From: a candidate division WOR-3 bacterium
GTDB taxonomy: Bacteria; Hydrothermota; Hydrothermia; LBFQ01
NCBI GenBank assembly: GCA_015490465.1
Contig: WFXS01000013.1
Span: forward strand, 1 to 53,926
DNA: 53,926 nucleotides
Reading direction: 5' to 3'
The notes beneath the pieces were generated by a model, which saw nothing but the letters and a program-made list of their open reading frames with translations, was not told the DNA's origin and ran no database searches. The translations under genes and the position numbers were made by a program. Of the stretch, positions 1 through 8,618 are shown piece by piece; within the stretch, counting starts at the first letter, position 1, and each line of letters opens with the position of its first letter.

Positions 1-305
1 CCACCACCCCTATACCCCTTATCACCTTCTTGTACTTCCCGCTATAGAGCCAATGCACCCATGCTGTCTTGTACCCCCATATCTTGTCTAACACCGTGTC
101 GTCTATCACCAGGTAGATATGCTCTCCCCCTGCCTCCCTTAACTGCTTTATCCCCTCCCTCATCACAGACTCGTACCCTTCCTTCCCCATCTTCCTTATC
201 CTCCTCCACACTCTGTAGTGTTTTTTTATGCCCAAGAAACTCTGAGATCGCCTTTATACTACCCTTTCCCGCCACCATAAGGGCGGTGATGATTTTTTTC
301 ATCAT
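1..305 (-). mobile_element. IS701-family DDE transposase, 5' part, frameshifted, runs off the window start
   Basis: ORF from ATG 305 (MMKKIITALMVAGKGSIKAISEFLGHKK). Skipping one A in the A7 run (T7 at 221-227) continues as HYRVWRRIRKMGKEGYESVMREGIKQLREAGGEHIYLVIDDTVLDKIWGYKTAWVHWLYSGKYKKVIRGIGVV, matching the IS701 'YLxIDDTVLDK...SGKxxKVxxGI' pattern. Confidence 0.8.
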
Positions 306-345
306 GCCCCTATTCTCAGGGTGTAAGGCCCTGAGGTAGGGGCAT
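304..345 (-). promoter_or_regulatory. Hairpin overlapping the transposase start region
   Basis: ATGCCCCTA (304-312) pairs with TAGGGGCAT (337-345); CTCAGGG (315-321) pairs with CCCTGAG (329-335). Confidence 0.6.
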
Positions 346-620
346 TTTTCAATCCTTGAGTTGTCTTGATCGGTGTAAATCCATCAATTCTAATCCTTCA
401 TTGCCCGGACCGCGAAAGTACTGCTATAACCGATTTAGGGGAATATTTCACCCCGGTAGCACATCTTTTTGAGATGACTATGGAACTTCGCGGTTCCAAA
501 GCACAGTAATAAATACGTTCATTGGCCAGAAAATTGGGAAAGTGAACCTGTGCCTTCGGGATAGTAACGGTCAGATAGGCCCCCCGTGAACCCGCAGGAG
601 ACCCCCCAACCCTTCAGCAG

Positions 621-626
621 TATAAT
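621..626 (+). promoter_or_regulatory. -10 box TATAAT of rpmH (leaderless-type)
   Basis: Perfect TATAAT 8 nt upstream of ATG 635; no SD. Confidence 0.7.
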
Positions 627-634
627 AGCCGCCT

Positions 635-769
635 ATGTCCATAACCTACAGACCTTCACGGCGTAAAAGGAAGAGAACGCACGGTTTCAGGGCGAGGATG
701 AAGACCCCCGGCGGCAGGAGGGTACTGAAGCGCCGTCGCAGGAAGGGTCGCAAGAGGCTCACGGTATAG
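635..769 (+). CDS. rpmH: 50S ribosomal protein L34
   Basis: Translated by hand (below the ORF-track cutoff): [44 protein letters not shown], with the HGFRARM signature. Confidence 0.97.
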   Translation: MSITYRPSRRKRKRTHGFRARMKTPGGRRVLKRRRRKGRKRLTV

Positions 770-788
770 CGAACTTTAAAAGGCGGCC

Positions 789-2849
789 ATGGGGAAGAAG
801 AAGGGGAAAACTCCGAAAGGTGGTGAGGAGTACGATCTCAGTAAGATAAGGAACATAGGTTTTATCGCCCATATAGATGCCGGTAAAACAACGACGACGG
901 AAAGGGTCCTTTACTACACGGGAAGGACCCATAAGCTGGGTAGCGTGGATACGGGAACGGCGACCACCGACTGGATGAAGCAGGAGAAGGAGAGGGGGAT
1001 AACGATAACCTCAGCCGCCGTTACCACCTTCTGGAAGGGACACCAGATAAACATAATAGATACGCCGGGGCATATAGACTTCACGGTTGAGGTGGAGCGG
1101 GCCCTCAAGGTCCTTGACGGCCTCGTCGTCATTTTCAGTGCCGTAGAGGGTGTGGAGCCTCAGAGCGAAACCGTATGGCGTCAGGCCAACAAGTACGGTG
1201 TGGCCCGTATCGTGTTCATAAACAAGATGGATCGCATAGGGGCGAGCCACGAAAGGACGATAGAGGGCATGAGAAAACGCCTCGGCGTGGACCCCCTCCT
1301 CATTACCCTGCCCATAGGGGAGGAACACGGGTTCGTCGGTGTAAAACACCTGATAGACCTGAAGGAGTACATCTGGGACATAGACGAGACGGGTGAGAAG
1401 TACAGGACGGAGGATCTGGAGTTGACGGAGGATATCCTCCCCTACTACGAGGACATAATAATAAAACTGGCCGACTACGACCCCACCATCCTTGAGGAGT
1501 ACGAGGAGAAGGGACGTGTGGAGCCTTCCCGCCTGAAGAGGGCCCTCCGCGAGGCCGTCATAAGGAAGGAGATATTCCCCGTTTTTATAGGGTCAGCCCT
1601 GAGGAACAAGGGTATTCAGCCCCTCATAGACGCCATAGTGGACCTCCTGCCCTCCCCTCTGGACGTTCCTCCGGTCACGGGGATGAAGGACGGCGATATC
1701 GTGGAGGTTAAGACGGGGGAAGGGCCTCTGGTCGCTCAGGTGTTCAAGGTTCAGGTTGACCCTAAGGGGAAGCAGAAGCTCTTCTACGTGCGCGTATACC
1801 GCGGTGAGATAACCTTCATGACCCGGCTTTACAACCCCCGCACGGGTGAGACCATGAGGGCCACCCGGATTTACCGGATGTTCGCCAACCGTAAGGAGCA
1901 GCTGCAGGTGGCCCGCGCCGGGGATATAGTCGCCCTCGTAGGCCTGTCGGACAGGACAGAGACCGGAGACACTCTTACGGTTAAGGAGGAGCCGGTCGTA
2001 TTGGAGAGGATGGATATACCCCAGCCCCTCGTATCCATAAGGGTGGAGCCAAAGTACTCTAAGGACGCCGAGGACCTTGAGGAGGCCCTTCACTTCCTTG
2101 AGGTTGAGGATCCCTCCCTGAAGGTCAGGAAAGACGAGAGTACGGGACAGATAGTCCTCACCGGTATGGGGAAACTCCACCTTGACGTAATCGTGAGCCG
2201 CCTCAAAGAGGATATGAACCTTGAGGTCCATACGGGTAAGCCCTTCGTTTCGTATCGGGAGACGATCTCCCGTAGGGCGGAGGGGTACGGTGAGTTCCAT
2301 CAGGAGACCGCCGACACCATCCACAAAGGCAGGGTCAGGGTTGTGGTTGAACCTTCGGGTAGGGAGGACAACGTCCTTGAGGTTGAAGGGGTGGAAATGG
2401 GGCCGGTTGATGAGGCCATAAGGAGTACGTTCTACGAGGCCATGGAGTTCGGTCCCCTCATGGGCTATCCCCTGAAGGGCGTTAAGGTCAGGGTGATAGT
2501 TGAGAATCCGGAGGAGATAACCCCCCTCGGAGCCCGTGCGGCCACTCTCAAAGCCCTGACGGAAGCCTTAAATAAGGCGGGGCCTCTCCTCCTTGAGCCT
2601 TACGCACGGGTCATGGTCCAGACCCCTCCGGAGTACCTCGGTGGAATAATGGATACCCTCCGCACCCTCGGAGGGGAAATAAAGAACATTACGGAGGAGT
2701 TCGGTTATCAGGTTATAGAGGCGATCCTGCCCCTCAGGAACACCTTTGACCTCGCCGACAACCTCCGCTCTGCATCTAAGGGCAGGGCCACCTACGACAT
2801 AAAGGACATAACCTTCAGGCCTGCCGAAAACTATCAGAGTGAATCTTGA
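789..2849 (+). CDS. fusA: Elongation factor G, divergent paralog (EF-G2-like)
   Basis: AHIDAGKTT, RGITITSA, DTPGH and NKMD G-domain motifs; 686 aa; domains IV/V divergent; not in the str operon. Confidence 0.85.
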   Translation: MGKKKGKTPKGGEEYDLSKIRNIGFIAHIDAGKTTTTERVLYYTGRTHKLGSVDTGTATTDWMKQEKERGITITSAAVTTFWKGHQINIIDTPGHIDFTVEVERALKVLDGLVVIFSAVEGVEPQSETVWRQANKYGVARIVFINKMDRIGASHERTIEGMRKRLGVDPLLITLPIGEEHGFVGVKHLIDLKEYIWDIDETGEKYRTEDLELTEDILPYYEDIIIKLADYDPTILEEYEEKGRVEPSRLKRALREAVIRKEIFPVFIGSALRNKGIQPLIDAIVDLLPSPLDVPPVTGMKDGDIVEVKTGEGPLVAQVFKVQVDPKGKQKLFYVRVYRGEITFMTRLYNPRTGETMRATRIYRMFANRKEQLQVARAGDIVALVGLSDRTETGDTLTVKEEPVVLERMDIPQPLVSIRVEPKYSKDAEDLEEALHFLEVEDPSLKVRKDESTGQIVLTGMGKLHLDVIVSRLKEDMNLEVHTGKPFVSYRETISRRAEGYGEFHQETADTIHKGRVRVVVEPSGREDNVLEVEGVEMGPVDEAIRSTFYEAMEFGPLMGYPLKGVKVRVIVENPEEITPLGARAATLKALTEALNKAGPLLLEPYARVMVQTPPEYLGGIMDTLRTLGGEIKNITEEFGYQVIEAILPLRNTFDLADNLRSASKGRATYDIKDITFRPAENYQSES

Positions 2850-3631
2850 AGTTCCTCCGAAAGATCTCAACCCTCATATCGGTCTACTACGCCTACATGT
2901 TAGAGTACAGGGCTGAAATAGTCCTGTGGATGCTCTCCGGCGTCCTGCCCTTCATCCTGATGGCCGTATGGATGGCGGCATCGTCCCAGCATAACTATGG
3001 CCTCTCTCCCGTTGAGTTTGCCCGGTACTACCTCGCCGTTTTCCTCACCCATCAGATGATAGCAGTCTGGGTGATATGGGAGTTTGAGGAGGACGTACTT
3101 TACGGTCACCTCTCCCACTACCTGCTTCAGCCCATGGACCCTATATGGAGGTACGTGTCTACACACGTAGCCGAGAGATTTTCCCGCTTCCCTTTCCTCC
3201 TTCTCCTTATCCTCATCTTCTTCCTCATCTATCCCGATGCCCTCTGGATACCCTCAATCGGGGACGTTATCCTGTTCCTTCTGACCGCCAATTTTGCCTT
3301 CGTCCTCAGGTTCCTTATCCAGTACAGCATAGCCATGCTCGCCTTCTATGTGGAAAGGGTAGTGGCCTTTGAGGACCTCCACTTCCTTGTCTTCCTCTTC
3401 CTCTCTGGCTACGTCGCCCCCCTTGAGCTCTTCCCGGATACAGTCCGGGAGATCGTACTCTGGACCCCTTTCCCGTACATGATAAGTTTCCCCGTTAACC
3501 TGCTTCTCGGAAAGGAGGTTGACCTCGTGAGAGGTCTCCTCATTATGGGAGGATGGCTCGTGATAATCCTCGCCGTAAATCGCCTGCTCTGGAGGATGGG
3601 GCTTGCCCGGTATTCGGCCATGGGGGCATGA
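2846..3631 (+). CDS. ABC-2 type transporter permease (DUF990-like)
   Basis: About 6 TM segments; 'YAYMLEYRAE', 'G.LS.YLLQP', 'LSGYVAPLELFP', 'LARYSAMGA' end; TTG start overlaps the fusA stop. Confidence 0.8.
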   Translation: MKFLRKISTLISVYYAYMLEYRAEIVLWMLSGVLPFILMAVWMAASSQHNYGLSPVEFARYYLAVFLTHQMIAVWVIWEFEEDVLYGHLSHYLLQPMDPIWRYVSTHVAERFSRFPFLLLLILIFFLIYPDALWIPSIGDVILFLLTANFAFVLRFLIQYSIAMLAFYVERVVAFEDLHFLVFLFLSGYVAPLELFPDTVREIVLWTPFPYMISFPVNLLLGKEVDLVRGLLIMGGWLVIILAVNRLLWRMGLARYSAMGA

Positions 3632-3655
3632 GCTACACCGTTAGAATCCAATCGG

Positions 3656-4465
3656 ATGCGATACTTCTCCGAGTTTCTTGGCAGGTACGTTGAGGTTCCG
3701 GACAGACCTACCCGTATAGTCTCCCTCGCACCCAACGTGACGGATACCCTCTTTCGCCTCGGCCTCGGAGACAGGGTCGTGGGGGTAAGTCTCTACTGCA
3801 ACAGGCCAAAGGATATCCCCAGAGATATGCCCCGCGTCGGCTCCTACCTGAAGGTCCTGTGGGATCGGTTAGAGGCCCTGGAACCGGACCTCGTCTTCCT
3901 GACCACGGGCGCCCAGAGGGGTGTGGCCGAGGAGATACTTAACAGAGGTATTCCCGCCGGAATAATACCGGTCCCCACGTCCGTTTTCGGGATACTGGAC
4001 AACGTACGGAAGGTCGCCCTCCTGACCGACACCCTTCACAGGGCCGAGGAGCTGAACCGCAGGCTCCTGAACGATCTGATAGAACTTACGGAGAACCCTC
4101 TTTCCTTTAAGGTTTACTACGAAGTGGATCTCGGAGGCCCCATAACCGCCGGTGCGCCCTCCTACATAACCGACGCCCTCCACCTCATGGGCCTCAGGAA
4201 CGTTTACGCCTTCCGTAAGGAGCCGTACTTTCAGCCGGACGACGATGAGACCCGGAGACTTGACTTTGATCTCATCCTCTACGAACCGAAACCCGAAAGG
4301 AGGTACGACGGAGAAAAGATAAGGGCTTTCCTTAAGGAGAGGTTGGGGGAACGCAGGGTGGTGATACTTGAAGGTGATACCCTCGCCCACTACGGCCCGT
4401 CTTTGATAGACGAGATCCTGCCGTGGATAAAGGACAGGGTTAAGGAGAGCCTTCGGGATACGTGA
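3656..4465 (+). CDS. Helical-backbone metal/cobalamin-binding protein (BtuF/Peripla_BP_2-like)
   Basis: 'PTRIVSLAPNVTDTLFRLGLGDRVVGVS' and 'ALEPDLV'; no signal peptide. Confidence 0.8.
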   Translation: MRYFSEFLGRYVEVPDRPTRIVSLAPNVTDTLFRLGLGDRVVGVSLYCNRPKDIPRDMPRVGSYLKVLWDRLEALEPDLVFLTTGAQRGVAEEILNRGIPAGIIPVPTSVFGILDNVRKVALLTDTLHRAEELNRRLLNDLIELTENPLSFKVYYEVDLGGPITAGAPSYITDALHLMGLRNVYAFRKEPYFQPDDDETRRLDFDLILYEPKPERRYDGEKIRAFLKERLGERRVVILEGDTLAHYGPSLIDEILPWIKDRVKESLRDT

Positions 4466-5222
4466 GGTGGGCAAAGAGGTTGGAGAAGAAGTCGGGTGTG
4501 GTGTACATGAGGGCAGGTTTACCTTTGGTTATTACGATCTCCTCGCCGTTCTTCAGGTGTCGTATGGGTATGCCATCGGCAGAGAGCAGGGGGAGGTTGT
4601 CGTATCTAAACCTCACCCTTACCCGTATATCGTACCGGGAGCTGATCACCACGGACCGCAGGGAGAGGCTGTGGGGAGCGAGGGGGGTTATTATGAAGGC
4701 CGGGATGTCGGGCAGAACTATCGGGCCCCCCGCGGCCAGGTTGTAGGCCGTTGAACCCGTCGGTGTGGCCACTATCAGGCCGTCCCCCCTGAAGGTTATG
4801 GGTCTCTGGCCGTCAACCGTGAAGGACACCTCTATCATGCGGGCGGCCGTCGTGTTGACCGTGACGTCGTTGAGGGCGTCGTACCCGTCAACTTGGAGAC
4901 GTGTCCTCTCCTCCGGCTTGAGTTCCCCCCTCTTTATGGCACTCAAAACCTCCTCCATCTCACCCAGCTTGAACGTGGCGAGAAAGCCTATCCTTCCCCT
5001 CTTGAAACCCACGACCGGCCTGCCGTTGGCCAGCCTTATCGCCCACAGGAAGGTTCCGTCTCCTCCAATAGCGACGTAGAGGTCGGCCTCCCTCCCGACC
5101 TCAGGATAGCGACCGGCCTCCACAACGTCCACAACGCGCATAACCCTCCTTATGCGCTCCACGTAACCCCTGACCTCGTCGGTCGTCAGGTCGTCCCTTA
5201 TTACGACTGTACAGGAAACCAT
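4440..5222 (-). CDS. nadK: NAD(+) kinase
   Basis: GGDGT, GRIGFL, ALND, GDGLIVATPTGSTAYNLAAGGP motifs. Confidence 0.95.
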   Translation of the reverse strand: MVSCTVVIRDDLTTDEVRGYVERIRRVMRVVDVVEAGRYPEVGREADLYVAIGGDGTFLWAIRLANGRPVVGFKRGRIGFLATFKLGEMEEVLSAIKRGELKPEERTRLQVDGYDALNDVTVNTTAARMIEVSFTVDGQRPITFRGDGLIVATPTGSTAYNLAAGGPIVLPDIPAFIITPLAPHSLSLRSVVISSRYDIRVRVRFRYDNLPLLSADGIPIRHLKNGEEIVITKGKPALMYTTPDFFSNLFAHLTYPEGSP

Positions 5223-5788
5223 CTCTTCGCCTCCGCCACGGTGAAGGGATTACCGTGACCCGGATATACTAAGGTGGATTCGGGAAGGGACAGGACCCGT
5301 CTTATAGAACGGAATAGGGCGTCCTCATCCCCGCCGGGCAGGTCCGTACGGCCGACCCCTCCCATCTCAAATATGAGGTCTCCGGTGAAAACCACGCCCT
5401 CGCCCACTAAGGCTATACTCCCGGGGGAGTGGCCGGGGATCTCCCACACCGTAAATGTCAAACTCCCCACCTTCACCGTGTCCCCCTCCTTCAGGTACCC
5501 CTCAACCTCCGGAGGGGGAGGTACAGGTATTCCGAAGTACCTCATGACCCACTCCGGCGCCTCCTCCATCATGGGCAGATCGGCCGGATGCAGGAGTACC
5601 CCCTTTCCTGATAGCCTCACCCAGTCTTCGGCGTGCATGTAGTGGTCAAAGTGACCGTGGGTCAGGACGAGGACCGACACCTTCTCCACATTCTCCGGAG
5701 GAGGGTTCCCGGGATCTATAACCATATACTCCCCCTCATCCTCCACGATGTAGGTGTTGGCGAATCCCTTTATCACCCTAACCTTCAA
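5201..5788 (-). CDS. MBL-fold metallo-hydrolase (glyoxalase II-like)
   Basis: THGHFDH, PGHSPGS, FTGD, GRTDLPGG, YPGHG. Confidence 0.9.
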   Translation of the reverse strand: MKVRVIKGFANTYIVEDEGEYMVIDPGNPPPENVEKVSVLVLTHGHFDHYMHAEDWVRLSGKGVLLHPADLPMMEEAPEWVMRYFGIPVPPPPEVEGYLKEGDTVKVGSLTFTVWEIPGHSPGSIALVGEGVVFTGDLIFEMGGVGRTDLPGGDEDALFRSIRRVLSLPESTLVYPGHGNPFTVAEAKRWFPVQS

Positions 5789-6665
5789 TTCTGGCGAGTG
5801 GATGGCTGCTCAGGTACACCTCGTATATCTGCGGAAGGAAGGTCTTCAGGTACCGCTCCGTAGTGGTGACGGACGTATGGCCGAGAAGTTCCTGAAGGGT
5901 ACGGATATCGCACCCACCTATGAGCATGTGGGTGGCGAAGGTGTGGCGGAAGACGTGGGGATGCACCTTGTGGGAGAGGCCTACCTTCGCCGCGTAGAAC
6001 TTCACTATCTTCCACGCCCCCACCCGGCTCAGCCTCCCTCCCCTCGCGTTGGGAAAGAGCATGGGTTTACCCTTACTTAAGATCGGATGGGATTCGCTCA
6101 GGTACTCGTTTAAGAGCCGGGCCATACGCCCGTGGAAAGGTACCACCCTCTCCTTGTTCCCTTTACCCACCACCCTCAGGTACCTCTCCTCCAGAGATAC
6201 GTCTAAGACGTTAAGGGAGAGGGCCTCGGATATGCGGATACCCGTGGCGTACAGGAGTTCCAACAGGACCTTGTCCCTCATCCTGAGCTCGTCGGAGAGT
6301 TCAACGGCTCCGAGTATGGCCATCACCTCCTCGTAGGACAGGGCCTTGGGAAGGGGTTTCTCGTACGCCGGAAGGGGTACCTCCTCAAGGGGGTTGTAGG
6401 GTAGACGCTCGTACAGGGTGAGGAACTTGTAAAAGGACTTCACCGTCGCCGCGATCCTCTGAACCGTGGCAGGCGACAGTTTCCTATCCATTAACTCCGC
6501 GATGAACTCGTCGTACTCCCTGGGGCCGACCTTCAGGTAGTCGTACCCCCTCCTCTCAAGGAACTCCGCAAAGAGGTTGAGGTCGTGCTCGTACGCCTTA
6601 AGCGTATTGACCGAGCTGTTCTTCATCACAAGATAAGCCTTAAACTCCGCGACGACCTCCCTCAT
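5778..6665 (-). CDS. xerD: Tyrosine recombinase XerD/XerC
   Basis: LYATGIRISE, GKGNKER, HVFRHTFATH, QELLGH, TTERY catalytic set; N-terminal SAM-like domain; 295 aa. Confidence 0.85.
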   Translation of the reverse strand: MREVVAEFKAYLVMKNSSVNTLKAYEHDLNLFAEFLERRGYDYLKVGPREYDEFIAELMDRKLSPATVQRIAATVKSFYKFLTLYERLPYNPLEEVPLPAYEKPLPKALSYEEVMAILGAVELSDELRMRDKVLLELLYATGIRISEALSLNVLDVSLEERYLRVVGKGNKERVVPFHGRMARLLNEYLSESHPILSKGKPMLFPNARGGRLSRVGAWKIVKFYAAKVGLSHKVHPHVFRHTFATHMLIGGCDIRTLQELLGHTSVTTTERYLKTFLPQIYEVYLSSHPLARIEG

Positions 6666-6692
6666 CGCCCTAAAATTTTAAAGTTGAAACCT

Positions 6693-7382
6693 CTACCCTT
6701 CAAGGGTCGCTATGAAGCCCATCATAACGGACGCCAGTGTCCAGAGCGTAAGCGTATAGGTAGGTGAAGCCCGTCCTATGAAAAGGGCGTCTCCGAGGAG
6801 GTACGTACCTATGGCCACTGAACCTATCGCCCACTTCTTCGCTATCTCGCTTCCCCACAGGAGAAGGAGGTTGTAGAATATGATAAAGGCCATACCCACG
6901 TCCAGCGCTATAAAGAGGGCGTACGGGGATAGCGTCCTGAACATATCCACGACGTTGGGAACGAGGACGGTCATTCCGATGAGGAGGAAGGTCAGGAGGA
7001 GGACAGTAAGAAACCTCGTTAAGTTCAACCTGTATCCGAGGGACTGGAAGTAAACTATGTACCTCACGTTGCCGATGAACAGGAAGAATCTCGCAAGGAT
7101 GTACGTGATTATACCTCCCAGAGAAAGGGTTATTACGTCACCTATGTTCGTGAAGGCGAATCCGATCCCCTGAGACAGAAAGGCGATAGCCATGATCATG
7201 TAAAACTGTCCCCGTACGTTGTCCAGACCGAGTTCTACCGCCGCCTTGATGGCCCATACTACGGTTATAAACACTAAGAGAAAAGCAAGGAGGATCGGGG
7301 TGTAGGATGGGAAACGGAAGACGGAAATAAGGGAAACCAACCCCAAAATCAGAAGCACGATTCTGCCTGAAATACGGAGCAT
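6693..7382 (-). CDS. Polytopic membrane protein, unknown function
   Basis: About 7-8 hydrophobic segments; no recognisable motif. Confidence 0.7.
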   Translation of the reverse strand: MLRISGRIVLLILGLVSLISVFRFPSYTPILLAFLLVFITVVWAIKAAVELGLDNVRGQFYMIMAIAFLSQGIGFAFTNIGDVITLSLGGIITYILARFFLFIGNVRYIVYFQSLGYRLNLTRFLTVLLLTFLLIGMTVLVPNVVDMFRTLSPYALFIALDVGMAFIIFYNLLLLWGSEIAKKWAIGSVAIGTYLLGDALFIGRASPTYTLTLWTLASVMMGFIATLEG

Positions 7383-7424
7383 CCATCAAATTTAAGGGTG
7401 AATCCGGATTCAATTTATATCCTT

Positions 7425-8600
7425 TCAAATCCCCGATGCTAACCTGTCCCAGATCTCCCTGAGGTTGAGCTCGCCCTTACTTCTTCTGTCTCTGGTGAAT
7501 ATTCCGAACTTCGCCTTATAACCCTCAAGCCACTCGTAGTTGTCCATGAGACTCCAGTACAGGTAGCCCGCCACCCCTACCCCCTCGTCCATGGCACGCC
7601 TCACCTGTTTGAGGTGTTCCCTTATGAACCTTACCCTCTCCTCGTGGCTCTCCGTGGCTATTCCGTTTTCGGTTATTATGACCGGTCTGTTGAAGTTGTA
7701 CTTCTTGAGGAGCATGTACAATCCCTCCGGGAAGACCTCCCATCCGAGGGAGTTCCTCCACACACCTTCCGGAAACTCCTCCACACCGAAGGGCTGAAGG
7801 AGTGAGAACCTCACCCTGTCCCGCGTGTAGTAGTTTATGCCTATGAAGTCCCCTCCGGGGTGTATGTTCTCCATGAAGGCCGCAGGGGGTGGTATTTTGC
7901 CGGATATCTCGGAGTATATGGGCAGGAAGTTAAACAGGTACTCCCTCAGGTAGGCCGGTATCCTTCCGAGTGTCCCTGCGGGGGTAAAAACCCTCAGGTG
8001 GTGGGCTATACCGACCTTAGCCCCCCTCACGTTGGCCTTTATAGCGGCGTAGGCCTGTGAGTGGGCGCGCAGCATGTTCCTTACCACCTTCATGGCCTTA
8101 AAGATGGACCTTTCGCCGGGTGGCCAGTCTCCAGCGACGTAGCCCCTGTAGGCGTAAACGTTGGGTTCGTTTACGGTTATCCAGAGCTTTACGTCTGAGA
8201 AGTAACGGCTGACGAGGTCGGCGTACCTTCCGAAGATCTGAGGGGCATCCTTCCTCAACCAACCACCGGACTCGTAGAACCAGACGGGGTTCGTAAAGTG
8301 GTGAAGGGTAAGGATGGGTGTTATTCCGGTCCTCTGAAGGGCGTCCACGAACCGCCTGTATCTGAGGAGATTCTTCAGGTTAAATACCCCGTCCTCCACC
8401 TCTATCCTGCTCCACTCAAGGCTGAAGCGGTAGGCGTTCGCCCCGATCTTCAGGAGGAGGTCTATGTCCTCTTCCATCCTCTCCCAGCCGTTGCACGCCT
8501 CCCCCACCGGGGGAGCCTTCCCTTCCCTCTCCCATAACGTCCAGTCGTTGAAGGTGTTCCCTTCTATCTGGTGGGAGCTCGTGGCGGCTCCGAGTAGCAC
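7425..8600 (-). CDS. Glycoside hydrolase family 1 (beta-glucosidase)
   Basis: GAATSSHQIEG, YRFSLEWSRI, TLHHF, NEP (acid/base), ITENG (nucleophile), WSLMDNYEW. Confidence 0.95.
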   Translation of the reverse strand: MLLGAATSSHQIEGNTFNDWTLWEREGKAPPVGEACNGWERMEEDIDLLLKIGANAYRFSLEWSRIEVEDGVFNLKNLLRYRRFVDALQRTGITPILTLHHFTNPVWFYESGGWLRKDAPQIFGRYADLVSRYFSDVKLWITVNEPNVYAYRGYVAGDWPPGERSIFKAMKVVRNMLRAHSQAYAAIKANVRGAKVGIAHHLRVFTPAGTLGRIPAYLREYLFNFLPIYSEISGKIPPPAAFMENIHPGGDFIGINYYTRDRVRFSLLQPFGVEEFPEGVWRNSLGWEVFPEGLYMLLKKYNFNRPVIITENGIATESHEERVRFIREHLKQVRRAMDEGVGVAGYLYWSLMDNYEWLEGYKAKFGIFTRDRRSKGELNLREIWDRLASGI

Positions 8601-8618
8601 ACGGACATTTTACGGGGG

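Noticed and set aside
370-620. Possible ncRNA (SRP, RNase P, 6S, riboswitch) upstream of rpmH
   Set aside because: No diagnostic motifs seen; only a short TGGAAC/GTTCCA hairpin.
5778-6665. Tyrosine recombinase as a prophage or island integrase
   Set aside because: XerD-like size and motifs, embedded in a housekeeping run with nadK; no phage genes or att sites nearby.
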